This document shows, piece after piece, positions 1 through 8,504 of a DNA stretch of 45,871 nucleotides. Source of the DNA: a virus (Duplodnaviria > Caudoviricetes); the IMG/VR virus record IMGVR_UViG_3300032257_000025, positions 1 to 45,871 of that record; one strand, given 5' to 3'. The first letter of the stretch is position 1, and every line of letters begins with the position of its first letter. The notes below the pieces were generated by a model that was not told the DNA's origin, did not search any database, and saw only the letters and a list, made by a program, of their open reading frames with translations. Made by a program: the position numbers and the translations under genes.

Positions 1-1
1 G

Positions 2-295
2 ACCCCACCCACCAAGCCGCCGACGAGGGAGGAGGTGTCCCAGAAGCTACTCGACACAGGAGCAAGATTCAGCGCCCGAATGTGGTTCCGGCGTTACGCC
101 GACGACCTCGAAGCCCAGCTAGCAACCGCACGGGCCGAGGGGCTGCGGTGGGAGCATGACTTACTGGCCGAGCGCGTGTCGCGCTGCTGCCTGGGCTTTC
201 CGCGCTGCCCACAGTGCAACAAGGACCGCGCCCGCATCGCCGAGATCGACGCGCAGTTAACGACTTCCGATACCCTTAAACTAGACTTAAACTAA
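2..295 (+). CDS. Hypothetical protein with a Cys cluster (CC..CPQC); 5' end probably lies across the window junction
   Basis: The frame is open from position 2 (ACC CCA CCC...) through GTG35. The ATG at 45868 joins in frame if the terminal GA is counted once. Confidence 0.65.
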   Translation, partial: TPPTKPPTREEVSQKLLDTGARFSARMWFRRYADDLEAQLATARAEGLRWEHDLLAERVSRCCLGFPRCPQCNKDRARIAEIDAQLTTSDTLKLDLN

Positions 296-504
296 TGCCT
301 GAGCCACCAACACCCGCCGAGCAGTCCATCATCGACCTGAACGCTGCTACCCTAGCGAGCGTCGAGGCCCAGACCAGGGCCTTCCAGACCATTGCCGCAG
401 CCCTGACCTATTTCGTGGATCGGGACAACGCGCGCAGGTCAGAAGCCAAGTACGGGGCGACGAGCAAGGGCGATCACTACAACGTGTTCAAGAGTGATGG
501 CTGA
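295..504 (+). CDS. Hypothetical protein
   Basis: TAATG stop/start coupling with the previous ORF. Confidence 0.65.
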   Translation: MPEPPTPAEQSIIDLNAATLASVEAQTRAFQTIAAALTYFVDRDNARRSEAKYGATSKGDHYNVFKSDG

Positions 505-688
505 ATATCTAAAATACAAGCTCACGACCCGTAATGAGCTAGAGATGTATAGTCCCCCCGTCCCCTCCTGGATAAGGGTTGTGGTACAGGACCTCGACTT
601 ACACGATAAAGTTCTTCTAACCATCAAAGTGGCTGACTACAGCGACTACATCATCAAAGCCGAGCCTGCTTACCCTTACGATGGTTAG
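497..688 (+). CDS. Hypothetical protein
   Basis: Tiles with short overlaps between its neighbours; lower GC. Confidence 0.6.
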   Translation: MAEYLKYKLTTRNELEMYSPPVPSWIRVVVQDLDLHDKVLLTIKVADYSDYIIKAEPAYPYDG

Positions 689-971
689 GAACTACACACC
701 AACCACAGACCGGGGGCCCTACGTACAGAAGCATGAGCCCACCCGAATGCAGGTGCGCAACTTCCTACGCCGGGCCGCCGGGACGCGGAAGGGGCAGAGG
801 CAAGAGGCCTACCTCGGCCGCGAGCGGCACACCTGGACCAGGGCCGTGGAACTGGCGCAGCCGGGCGATGTCGTGATCATTAACGGAATGCACATTAGCG
901 TTCCAGAAACGCGCGAACTAATCCTGGACGCGATGCGGCACAGGGATATGATGGGCCAGTACATTAACTAG
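681..971 (+). CDS. Hypothetical protein
   Basis: Tiling ORF with an 8-nt overlap. Confidence 0.65.
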   Translation: MVRNYTPTTDRGPYVQKHEPTRMQVRNFLRRAAGTRKGQRQEAYLGRERHTWTRAVELAQPGDVVIINGMHISVPETRELILDAMRHRDMMGQYIN

Positions 972-975
972 AGTA

Positions 976-1257
976 ATGACCAAAGAAAAACCACACCCCG
1001 AACTAGGTATCCGTACACATACTACCGACCAGTGCGGCGGTCCCGCTTGCCCTATCCACGCCCCCTCAGACCACAAGATGAAGGACTGGGAGATGCGCCT
1101 GAGATTTGACCGGGGCTGCCTGATCGAGCGGCTGTGCCCAGAGCATGGCGTAGGTCATCCCGACCCCGACTCGGCTGCGTACCTGAAGTCGGTAGACCCA
1201 CGGGGTAACTACACTATTCACGGCTGCTGCGGCTGCTGCATGGAGGAACTGAAATGA
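976..1257 (+). CDS. Cys/His-rich small phage protein, probably metal-binding
   Basis: Motifs CPIHAPSDH, CPEHGVGHPDPDS and HGCCGCC. Confidence 0.75.
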   Translation: MTKEKPHPELGIRTHTTDQCGGPACPIHAPSDHKMKDWEMRLRFDRGCLIERLCPEHGVGHPDPDSAAYLKSVDPRGNYTIHGCCGCCMEELK

Positions 1258-1553
1258 GAAGCAAACACACAACAATGACCATCCAGGACCTGTGCGATGC
1301 GGGCCTGGGGAGCGAGGAGCTAGAGCTGCTGGTGGACGTAGTAGCCCACCGAGTCACGAACCCGAGCCTGTACTTCACGAGGCCCACTACCGCACACAAG
1401 GTCAGGGACTTGTTCTGGGTGCGGTCGGTCCTCGAACCTGAGCAGGTGGTAGACGAACGGTTGTCAAAGACAAGAGCTGGGGTTGACAATGTAGCGCTGG
1501 AGCCGGAGCGTGTTGTGGATGCGCGGGTGCAGGAGTCCGGTTATGGGAGCTAA
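1254..1553 (+). CDS. Hypothetical protein
   Basis: ATGA coupling; GGAGG upstream. Confidence 0.65.
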   Translation: MRSKHTTMTIQDLCDAGLGSEELELLVDVVAHRVTNPSLYFTRPTTAHKVRDLFWVRSVLEPEQVVDERLSKTRAGVDNVALEPERVVDARVQESGYGS

Positions 1554-1737
1554 GACGCACTTGGAACACGAACCTGGACCCTTCTCCAGGTATACGGAGT
1601 GTGGTCTGGAGTTGAGGCGTGTCGGGGGGTTCCGCCATATCCACCTAACTACCTGTAAAACTTGTCTTAAAACCCGCCTAGCCCAGAACAAGAAGGAGTA
1701 CAAGACACTGAACACACGACTGAGGGACCTCCGATGA
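1543..1737 (+). CDS. Small basic Zn-binding protein (CKTC)
   Basis: Internal ATG1543 preceded by AGGAG; ATGA-coupled to the next gene. Confidence 0.55.
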   Translation: MGAKTHLEHEPGPFSRYTECGLELRRVGGFRHIHLTTCKTCLKTRLAQNKKEYKTLNTRLRDLR

Positions 1738-2054
1738 CCCGGACCAAAACCGGCACCGACCTCCGCGTGGCCCGATCCCTCAAGGAGATGACCCAGGGCC
1801 AGCTCGCAACCTTCACCAAGATCCCCTCGCGCACGATCCAGTGCTGGGAGGCCAAGGACAACGACCTGCCCGAGTGGGCCGTCGATAGAATAAGCAACGT
1901 CCTAGAATGGCCTACACCTGGGCAGATTGCGCACGAGCTTGGGCAGGTGTACCTCATCCAAGTGTCGGGCATGACCGACCTACAGTTCCGGACCAAGCTC
2001 AAGGGGCTCGGGCGCTACGTCGAGTCGGCTGTACGAGTAGACCAGGAATGGTAA
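1734..2054 (+). CDS. XRE/Cro-like helix-turn-helix regulator
   Basis: LRVARSLKEMTQGQLATFTKIPSRTIQCWEA fits the HTH_XRE pattern. Confidence 0.8.
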   Translation: MTRTKTGTDLRVARSLKEMTQGQLATFTKIPSRTIQCWEAKDNDLPEWAVDRISNVLEWPTPGQIAHELGQVYLIQVSGMTDLQFRTKLKGLGRYVESAVRVDQEW

Positions 2055-2182
2055 CCGCCGCCGAACGCACCACCTCCTGCCCGACATGCGGCCGATCCCG
2101 CTACGTCGAGGTCACGGGCAAGGGCAACAAGACCAAGGGCAAGATGTACCGGCCGCACTGCACTGAGGCCTGCGTGACGTAG
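2048..2182 (+). CDS. Small Zn-finger-like protein (CPTC...HCTEAC)
   Basis: ATG2048; its stop overlaps the helicase GTG. Confidence 0.5.
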   Translation: MVTAAERTTSCPTCGRSRYVEVTGKGNKTKGKMYRPHCTEACVT

Positions 2183-3309
2183 TGGTAGTCTACGACAACC
2201 TCACGACCTACTCCGGCGCCGCAGGTGTAGGTAAGACGAACCGGGTCCTGGCCTGGAGCCCTGACGTGATCGTGACCTATACACGCTCTGCTGCGGCGGA
2301 AGCACGTTCGAGGTTAGGCACCGCTACGCGCCCAGAGCAGGCCGTAGGCACCATCTATTCGCTGGCCTGGCCGCACCAGAAAATCACGCGGGCCAAGCGC
2401 AAGGGCACCATCGGTCCGCCCCTGGCCTACAACCAGCGCCGGATTCGCAATGCCTCAGACCCGGCTCTGGACCTATACTCGACCAAGGCCCCCAGCAAAC
2501 AACCCCGCACCGAAAACGACAGGCTCGCTCGCCTGCTCCATGCCTGGGACGGCACGGGCGATCCCCCCATAGACCTGGGCGACGCGAAGCCGGTGGGTGC
2601 AATGACGTACGTGTTGCCCCTAGCCCAGTGGATCGCGCGTGGCTGCCCCCTAGACGAGGCGCTGCGGGTGCCCCTGACACTGGCAATCGACGAGGCCCAG
2701 GACGTGAGCGCCCTAGAGCTTGCCGCGTGCATTGGCCTGTGTCCTGGTGCCGAGGTTCGGGCGTATGGCGACCCGGGCCAGTCGCTCTATGCCGAGGCTA
2801 AGGGCCTGACAGGCTCGATGCTGCCTGCTGCATGGACCTCGGCGGCACAAGTCCTGGAGCTTGTAGGCGGATGGCGTGTCGGGAACCCGGTAGCGCAGAA
2901 GGCCGCCCGTGTCCTGAAGCCGTACTGGACGCACGACCCGAAGAGCTTCGCCGCACCAGGACACGGCACCGAGATCCGGCTCTGGGACCCGGAGCAGAAA
3001 CCGAGCGGGCGAGGGCTTGTGCTTTCGCATGGGCGCGACTATGCTGTCAAATACGCTCGGCTCTGGGGTTTACGGAACTTTGCCGTGGTGCCTGCCGACT
3101 TCACCACTAAGGAGGACTTGATTGTGTGTACTGCTCATGCCGCGAAGGGTGCCGAGGCTGACCATGTATGGCTCTTGCCCTGGTCGCACCCGGCCATGGC
3201 ACAGCTTGGCGCCAAGGATTCGGCGCGACTCAGGCTCCTATACGTGGCCATGACTCGCGCGCGCAAGATCCTGTTCGTGCCGCCTGCGTTGTTCGGGGAG
3301 ATGGGTTGA
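2182..3309 (+). CDS. Minimal UvrD/Rep-like superfamily 1 helicase
   Basis: Walker A GAAGVGKT, motif Ia VTYTRSAA, Walker B IDEAQD, III GDPGQSLY, V TAHAAKGAE, VI LYVAMTRAR. Confidence 0.9.
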   Translation: MVVYDNLTTYSGAAGVGKTNRVLAWSPDVIVTYTRSAAAEARSRLGTATRPEQAVGTIYSLAWPHQKITRAKRKGTIGPPLAYNQRRIRNASDPALDLYSTKAPSKQPRTENDRLARLLHAWDGTGDPPIDLGDAKPVGAMTYVLPLAQWIARGCPLDEALRVPLTLAIDEAQDVSALELAACIGLCPGAEVRAYGDPGQSLYAEAKGLTGSMLPAAWTSAAQVLELVGGWRVGNPVAQKAARVLKPYWTHDPKSFAAPGHGTEIRLWDPEQKPSGRGLVLSHGRDYAVKYARLWGLRNFAVVPADFTTKEDLIVCTAHAAKGAEADHVWLLPWSHPAMAQLGAKDSARLRLLYVAMTRARKILFVPPALFGEMG

Positions 3310-5015
3310 GCCAGAAACCCTGGGATACGTATAACGTGCTCTGGAACATGGCACCTGCCGCGCTCCAGGACTTGGTCGCGAGGCACGCCGGGAAGTGGGT
3401 CCTTGACACCGAGACCGATGGCCTGATGGTGCGGGGCCGAGATTCCAGGCACAGCGCATGGTACGTGGGCCTGACACCGCTTGGCACCAGGACCTGCATC
3501 GTATACGACAAGGCGCATTGGCCTGATGCGAAGCCGGTCGTGGAGCAGATGCAGCTCATCGGCCAGAACATGCGCTTCGATGTCCATGCTGCGGACCTGA
3601 ACGTGCAGCGGTGGGAGGACACCCTAGGTTATAGCTATTTCAACTCGATGTCCGCACTGAAGGGCCTGGACGACCTGGCGCGGCGTAGGCGACGGCCCAA
3701 GATCAAGACGCCCAAGGGACTGAAGGGCCCGAAGCTGGCCACGAACAGGATCGCCGAGCTGGAGCCTGCGAAGGTGGGCCTGTACCTGGCCGACGACTGC
3801 ATCTTCACGGGTGAGGTCTACCAGGACATGCAGAAGCCGGACCTGGCCCATGACCAAGCACTGGAGCGAGTCGTGGCGAACATGGAGATGCGCGGGGTCC
3901 GTATCTATCCTGACCGACTCGACGAGTTCGAGGCCTTGGCTATTGAGACTGAATCTCAGGTACGGAGTGAGCTGGCTGGGTTCGGCTTCGACGGTAATCC
4001 GGGGTCTCCGAAGCAGGTCCTTACCTGGCTCGGTACCTTTATGGACACCAGCAAGTTACCGCCTACGAAGACTAGCCGGAGCACTGGGTCGAAGGCGCTG
4101 AAGAACATCCACCTCCCCCAGACCGAAGCCCTGCTGGCTGTGCGCTCTGCGGTGAAACTCCAGAACGGGTTTATCGCATCTGTCCGCGCACACATGACCG
4201 AGGACGGGATGATCTACCCCTCGGTGCACACGTCCAAGCACGACGCGGGCGGCACAGGCACTGGGCGCTGGTCGATGTCGGACCCGCCGCTCCACCAGGC
4301 ACCCAAGCGGCATCCAGTGCTAGGTCCCCTGGCTCGGCGCTGCATCACCAGCAGCACCTGGTATACATGCGGCGCCGACTTCCGCCAGATCGAGCCCCGG
4401 GTTGCTGCGGCCATGAGCGAATGCCCTGTACAGCTCGCAGCGTTCGCGGCTGGGCGCTGTCCATACACCGAGACGGCAGCGGTAGTGTTGGGGAAGACCT
4501 ACGCCCAGGTCACCCCCACGGAGCGCTCGAATGCTAAGGCCGTGAATCTAGGCATCCTGAACGGCATGGGCCCGTCCGGCCTGTCGATTCAGCTAGGGTG
4601 CACGCTCCGCCAGGCCCGGCGCTGGCTCGATGACTATCTCATGAGCCTACCTACGTTCGCAGAGTGGCTTGAGGACACCAAAGCAACCGCACGCACCTTC
4701 GGCGTGCTCCGAACCTGCGCTGGCCGCACCCGCATCTTCGGCTCCGACGAGAGCACCGACACCAAGGCCGTCTCGGTGGTCGTACAGGGCTCCGCCGCAG
4801 AGCTTATCCGGCGCGCGGTCGTGGCCCTGGATGAGGCAGGCACCGAGCCGTTCCTGCAAATGCACGACGAAGTTCTGTGCCAGAATCGGTTGACGACTGG
4901 CCAGGACGTCGCTACAATCATGACCCAAGCGGCCAACGAGGCCTTCCCCGATGTCCTGGGTGCGGTAGATTTTGCCGCCAAGGGAGGGGAAGGTGATTCC
5001 TGGGCTGCTGTCTAA
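3306..5015 (+). CDS. Family A DNA polymerase with 3'-5' exonuclease domain
   Basis: Exo motifs DTET, NMRFD and YLADD; motif A ADFRQIEPR, motif B RSNAKAVNLGILNG, motif C HDE. The likely TTG start overlaps the helicase TGA (TTGA). Confidence 0.92.
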   Translation: MSQKPWDTYNVLWNMAPAALQDLVARHAGKWVLDTETDGLMVRGRDSRHSAWYVGLTPLGTRTCIVYDKAHWPDAKPVVEQMQLIGQNMRFDVHAADLNVQRWEDTLGYSYFNSMSALKGLDDLARRRRRPKIKTPKGLKGPKLATNRIAELEPAKVGLYLADDCIFTGEVYQDMQKPDLAHDQALERVVANMEMRGVRIYPDRLDEFEALAIETESQVRSELAGFGFDGNPGSPKQVLTWLGTFMDTSKLPPTKTSRSTGSKALKNIHLPQTEALLAVRSAVKLQNGFIASVRAHMTEDGMIYPSVHTSKHDAGGTGTGRWSMSDPPLHQAPKRHPVLGPLARRCITSSTWYTCGADFRQIEPRVAAAMSECPVQLAAFAAGRCPYTETAAVVLGKTYAQVTPTERSNAKAVNLGILNGMGPSGLSIQLGCTLRQARRWLDDYLMSLPTFAEWLEDTKATARTFGVLRTCAGRTRIFGSDESTDTKAVSVVVQGSAAELIRRAVVALDEAGTEPFLQMHDEVLCQNRLTTGQDVATIMTQAANEAFPDVLGAVDFAAKGGEGDSWAAV

Positions 5016-5022
5016 CTTGCTC

Positions 5023-5262
5023 ATGCCTACGCCCAAGCCCGACACCGTACCCATCAAGGTCCTAATCGACCGACTGATCCGGGATATGTGCAAGGACATG
5101 CGAACGGTGTCGCCGAGCGAAAAACGCGCCATTGCCGGAGCCATTGCGTCTCTTACGGGCGCACTGCCTGGTCTGTCGGGTATGGATGATACCATGCAGA
5201 CGGCCATGCTGGAACTGATTACTGAACTGAAAACAACAAAAACAAGTACCAACGATGAGTAA
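5023..5262 (+). CDS. Hypothetical helical protein
   Basis: ATG just after the polymerase stop; overlaps the next gene by 8 nt. Confidence 0.6.
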   Translation: MPTPKPDTVPIKVLIDRLIRDMCKDMRTVSPSEKRAIAGAIASLTGALPGLSGMDDTMQTAMLELITELKTTKTSTNDE

Positions 5263-5677
5263 CGAAACTGTAGATCCCCTTACGTACACCCCGACCGAGG
5301 AGTACGCCAAGGGTAAGAAGCCCCTCGTCCCCGAGGGCATGTACCCCGAAATGACCATCGCTGAGGTGGACGCCTACGAGAACGACCCGGACAACGACAA
5401 GTTCGGCAAGATCGCGAAAGGCTACACTCACCGTGTCCGTGTCAAGTTCGTAGATGGGGCAGGCGAGCGCGAGTTCGAGCTGACCCTGAACTGGGGCCCC
5501 GAGAAGTCTGGCAACAAGATTCCGATTTGGCGCCTCCAGAAGGCCGTGTTCGGCGACGACACCAACGAATGGGGAGGCCTTGCCGCTCTCCAGGGCCAGC
5601 GCGTGTCTGTGGTTATCAGCCACGACGACTTCAACGGAAATCCCTACGTAGAGCCGACGTTCACCCCCGTGGGCTAG
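5255..5677 (+). CDS. Putative ssDNA-binding protein (DUF669/OB-fold-like)
   Basis: LVPEGMY N-terminal motif; acidic, beta-rich 140 aa; sits between the polymerase and the exonuclease. Confidence 0.6.
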   Translation: MSNETVDPLTYTPTEEYAKGKKPLVPEGMYPEMTIAEVDAYENDPDNDKFGKIAKGYTHRVRVKFVDGAGEREFELTLNWGPEKSGNKIPIWRLQKAVFGDDTNEWGGLAALQGQRVSVVISHDDFNGNPYVEPTFTPVG

Positions 5678-5696
5678 GCCTGCATCATTGTCTCTC

Positions 5697-5876
5697 CCGG
5701 CATAGGTCATTGCCGTAAACTTGGCCTCGTCCTGGGTAATGCAGACGCTAAAAGACCCGACCCCGGCATGGGTGCTGCCGTAAACTGCACCCACCATCAC
5801 CCCGCACCCATAAGCGGATAGCCAAGTCTTAAGGCACTTACCCTGTCCGTCATGGGCGCTGACGAAAACTGCGCCC
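5697..5876 (+). ncRNA. Array of 3 (possibly 4) H-type RNA pseudoknot units
   Basis: Units at 5697-5727, 5763-5792 and 5847-5876 show compensatory changes in both stems and share a (T/A)AAACT loop. Confidence 0.7.
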
Positions 5877-5895
5877 ACCTACCCCGAGAACAATC

Positions 5896-6036
5896 ATGCC
5901 AAGCTACACCATCCAAGAAATCAAGAACGGCTTTCTGCTCGTACCAGGGCACGCGCCCGACGAGGCCATGTTCTTTGACTCGGCCAGCAAGGTCGTCACC
6001 GCACTGAAGAAGCTCCTTACGCAGTCCAGTGCCTGA
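5896..6036 (+). CDS. 46-aa hypothetical protein (MPSYTIQEIKNGFLLV...)
   Basis: Read manually because it is below the ORF-track cutoff; overlaps the exonuclease start by 8 nt. Confidence 0.6.
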   Translation: MPSYTIQEIKNGFLLVPGHAPDEAMFFDSASKVVTALKKLLTQSSA

Positions 6037-6919
6037 GTCCACCTACACACTACCCCGCCCTGACAAGCCTTACGGACTCTGGGCCCGCTTTGTCACCGAC
6101 CTGTACGAGCACGGGAAACGGAACGCGCGCCAGGACATTGTGCGCGACGAGATGGAGAAGATCATGGACTCCATTGTCGAGGCCTACGACAGGGGCGAGC
6201 AAGAGCCCAGGGTCCGGCCGTCCGGTAACTTGGCCTGCGCGCGGCAAGCGTTCTTGTTGCAGAAGTACGGGACCGAGCTAGAGGACGACGGCAACAAGCA
6301 GTGCCTCTTCAGTGCTGGTCACTTCTTCCATGCGCTGGCGTTCGCGTACTGCCGCTCTGCTCTGCCCCCCGGCTTCGAGCTACGGACCGAGGTCGAGCCC
6401 GAGACTATGCCTGACTGGTGGCCGGACCTGCCCATCTTCAACCAGACAGGCCACCAGGACCTCGTGCTCCGTGTCACTGACCCCGAGTTGGCAGCGCATT
6501 ACTTGCTACCTAGCGCTGGTGATTCGTGCCTCACTGACTTCAAGAGCATGGGGGGCTGGGGGTATACCAAGCTCAAGAACAGCGATCCCTGGGACGAGCC
6601 GGACCCGTTCGGCTACATGGCTCAGATGGCCGTGTACTCGGACGGTGGCACCAAGTACGCCGAGACGAACCTTGGCGGCATTAGCAAGAACCAACTCATG
6701 ATGCCGCTCAAGTGCCGGGTCGTGCCTAGTTCTGTGTCGAATGCCGAGATGTATCGCCTGCGCAAAGGCTTCGAGGCGCTAGAGGCAGGCCGTGATCCGG
6801 GCCCCGAGTATTTCCTGCGCTGGGGAAAGCAGGCTGAGTTCTCGTGTGGCGTTCCCGGGAAGAAGTACGGGACCTGCGCGCAGTCGGCGAACTGTCACAA
6901 GGAAGGGTGGCCGGTCTAG
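6029..6919 (+). CDS. Cas4-like PD-(D/E)xK exonuclease
   Basis: RPS..C..Q, GHFFH, GHQD, DFKS and QMAVY motifs, plus three C-terminal Cys in the Fe-S staple arrangement. Confidence 0.85.
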   Translation: MPESTYTLPRPDKPYGLWARFVTDLYEHGKRNARQDIVRDEMEKIMDSIVEAYDRGEQEPRVRPSGNLACARQAFLLQKYGTELEDDGNKQCLFSAGHFFHALAFAYCRSALPPGFELRTEVEPETMPDWWPDLPIFNQTGHQDLVLRVTDPELAAHYLLPSAGDSCLTDFKSMGGWGYTKLKNSDPWDEPDPFGYMAQMAVYSDGGTKYAETNLGGISKNQLMMPLKCRVVPSSVSNAEMYRLRKGFEALEAGRDPGPEYFLRWGKQAEFSCGVPGKKYGTCAQSANCHKEGWPV

Positions 6920-6920
6920 T

Positions 6921-7139
6921 ATGGGTGTGCCGTCCTCAATCGAGCACTTGCGTCATCGCGCCAAGGGTGAAGAAGCCAATGAGCTAGATGACTTCTTACG
7001 GGATTACTACACCATGGTTAGAGATATAAAGCGGTTCTCCGACCCTAGACTAGAGGATTCGTACCCTGAAGCTAATCTCACTCATCCGAAGTGGGATATC
7101 TTAGATAACTGGCGTCAGTATTTCTGGCCGGTCCAGTGA
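6921..7139 (+). CDS. Hypothetical protein
   Basis: ATG one nt after the exonuclease stop; lower GC. Confidence 0.55.
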   Translation: MGVPSSIEHLRHRAKGEEANELDDFLRDYYTMVRDIKRFSDPRLEDSYPEANLTHPKWDILDNWRQYFWPVQ

Positions 7140-7381
7140 GTTCTGCCAGCGACAAGGCAGCCTTCCTAGCCTATGTGGATAAGGATATGACTGACACTTT
7201 CGAGTCATTGACTAGGTTCATACAGGAGATGCAACCGCCCCACCCTCAACCACTGGAGGATTGGATGGCGCAGTTCACAGCATGGCGTGCGGCCGGGGGT
7301 GTCACCGACTCTATATGCTCGGCATGGGTGGAGCTATACATCAATACCAAGTTCACCATGACAGGCTGGGGCTACTCCTAA
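7136..7381 (+). CDS. Hypothetical protein, last gene of the + arm
   Basis: GTGA coupling; its stop overlaps the stop of the convergent gene. Confidence 0.55.
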   Translation: MSSASDKAAFLAYVDKDMTDTFESLTRFIQEMQPPHPQPLEDWMAQFTAWRAAGGVTDSICSAWVELYINTKFTMTGWGYS

Positions 7382-7929
7382 TCCCGGTCCGCCAGGATAT
7401 CAGCCTCGGTGATGTCCACGGTGCCGGGGATCATGCCCGCCTCCTCTAGGCACCGAGCCACAGTCTGGGCCACGGCATCGTCGATAGTCGTTGGCGCCAG
7501 TCCCATGTTGTCGGCAAGGATAATGAGCTGGTTCGTGCGCTGGGTGCCGAGCCCGGACAAGCGCGCCAGTTCCTTATCTACGTTCACATGCGTCTGCCTG
7601 GACACGGCCAGGAACGATGCCTCTTCGTAGGTAATGCCCTCCTCGATGGCGATGCGCTCGACATCGGCCACCTTCTGGAGCAGCAGGATCATCTGGGTCT
7701 TGCGCACCAGGGCAAGCTCGCAACAGGTCACGGCGACCTCAGGGTCCGTGTCGTAGTACTTCCCGAGCCAGTGCCGCTTCGCATAGAACCTGCCCATTTC
7801 CAGGGCCGAGTTCTGCATCAGGGTAAGCTCGCCGATATCGCCGAACCGCAGTCGCGCCAGGCCTATCGCGGTGTCATCGATGGTGGCTAGTCCTGTAGCG
7901 GGCGTTAGCGGTGTGGTGCTATCCGCCAT
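7378..7929 (-). CDS. Helical protein, weak candidate for terminase small subunit
   Basis: 183 aa and helical. VDKELARLSGLG followed by a short strand NQLIIL recalls TerS C-termini. Function is uncertain. Confidence 0.4.
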   Translation of the reverse strand: MADSTTPLTPATGLATIDDTAIGLARLRFGDIGELTLMQNSALEMGRFYAKRHWLGKYYDTDPEVAVTCCELALVRKTQMILLLQKVADVERIAIEEGITYEEASFLAVSRQTHVNVDKELARLSGLGTQRTNQLIILADNMGLAPTTIDDAVAQTVARCLEEAGMIPGTVDITEADILADRD

Positions 7930-8401
7930 AGCAGGCGTGCGCGGCCATCGTTGCGTCGTTCACGTGGTCGATCTTGTGCGGTGCTTTACCCGTAATCTTG
8001 GCTACTGCCTCGCCCATTTCGGCTTTCGTGGCCATGAAGTTCCGGTTCCAGGGCTTGCCGAGTACCTTGGCGCAGTGCTGCTTCAGTGCGATGGGCCGTT
8101 GCATCTTGATTTCCATGTCATAACAGGCAGCCCAGCCGAGCACGGTACTGGTCGCAGCCCAGATCCCGGCGGTGCCTTTCGCGTTCCGGGGAAAGATGGG
8201 GAAGCCCTCCAGTGCCACGGCCTCGACCTTATTTCGGCCGTGCATGGCCTCCAGGAGCGGCACTACGCGCTGGGCGAAGCGGTGCGGGCGGTTCACGTCG
8301 CCAGCCCGAACGCATACGCCCTCCAGGACCTTGTTCGTTTCCGTGTCGAAGACGGACAGGCCGAGGTTAGCGTAGCCCGGGTCGATGCCGAGCACTATCA
8401 T
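7919..8401 (-). CDS. RuvC-like Holliday junction resolvase
   Basis: IVLGIDPG, a central ALE and C-terminal DHVNDA supply the catalytic acidic residues. Confidence 0.85.
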   Translation of the reverse strand: MIVLGIDPGYANLGLSVFDTETNKVLEGVCVRAGDVNRPHRFAQRVVPLLEAMHGRNKVEAVALEGFPIFPRNAKGTAGIWAATSTVLGWAACYDMEIKMQRPIALKQHCAKVLGKPWNRNFMATKAEMGEAVAKITGKAPHKIDHVNDATMAAHACYGG

Positions 8402-8463
8402 GCACAGACCCGGTACTCGTCCTCGGTCGGCTTCGGCTTTCTGTCCTTGGGATCACTAGGCAT
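8398..8463 (-). CDS. 21-aa leaderless micro-ORF (MPSDPKDRKPKPTEDEYRVCA)
   Basis: ATG is 6 nt after TATAAT; its TGA overlaps the RuvC ATG (ATGA). Confidence 0.55.
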   Translation of the reverse strand: MPSDPKDRKPKPTEDEYRVCA

Positions 8464-8469
8464 GTGGGC

Positions 8470-8498
8470 ATTATAGTGCCCTAGCTAGTGAAAGTCAA
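8470..8498 (-). promoter_or_regulatory. sigma70-type promoter TTGACT-N17-TATAAT
   Basis: Near-consensus hexamers, 17-nt spacer, GCAC-TATAAT-GC context. Confidence 0.8.
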
Positions 8499-8504
8499 GC
8501 CGGA

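Noticed and set aside
1-2000. Apparent abundance of CTAG
   Set aside because: I counted about 9 sites in the first 2 kb, close to compositional expectation. It is not depleted, but a genome-wide k-mer analysis would be needed to say more.
3168-3305. N-terminal extension of the polymerase given in the ORF track
   Set aside because: It overlaps conserved helicase motif VI; a TTGA-coupled start at 3306 is more plausible.
3306-5015. Z-genome (DpoZ/PurZ) or other base-modification system
   Set aside because: No PurZ, dATPase, methyltransferase, thymidylate-synthase-like or queuosine-pathway gene is recognisable.
5697-5876. Mini-CRISPR array next to a Cas4-like gene
   Set aside because: The units vary in a structure-preserving way rather than being identical, and the gaps are irregular (35 and 54 nt). 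Solo Cas4-like nucleases are common phage recombination enzymes.
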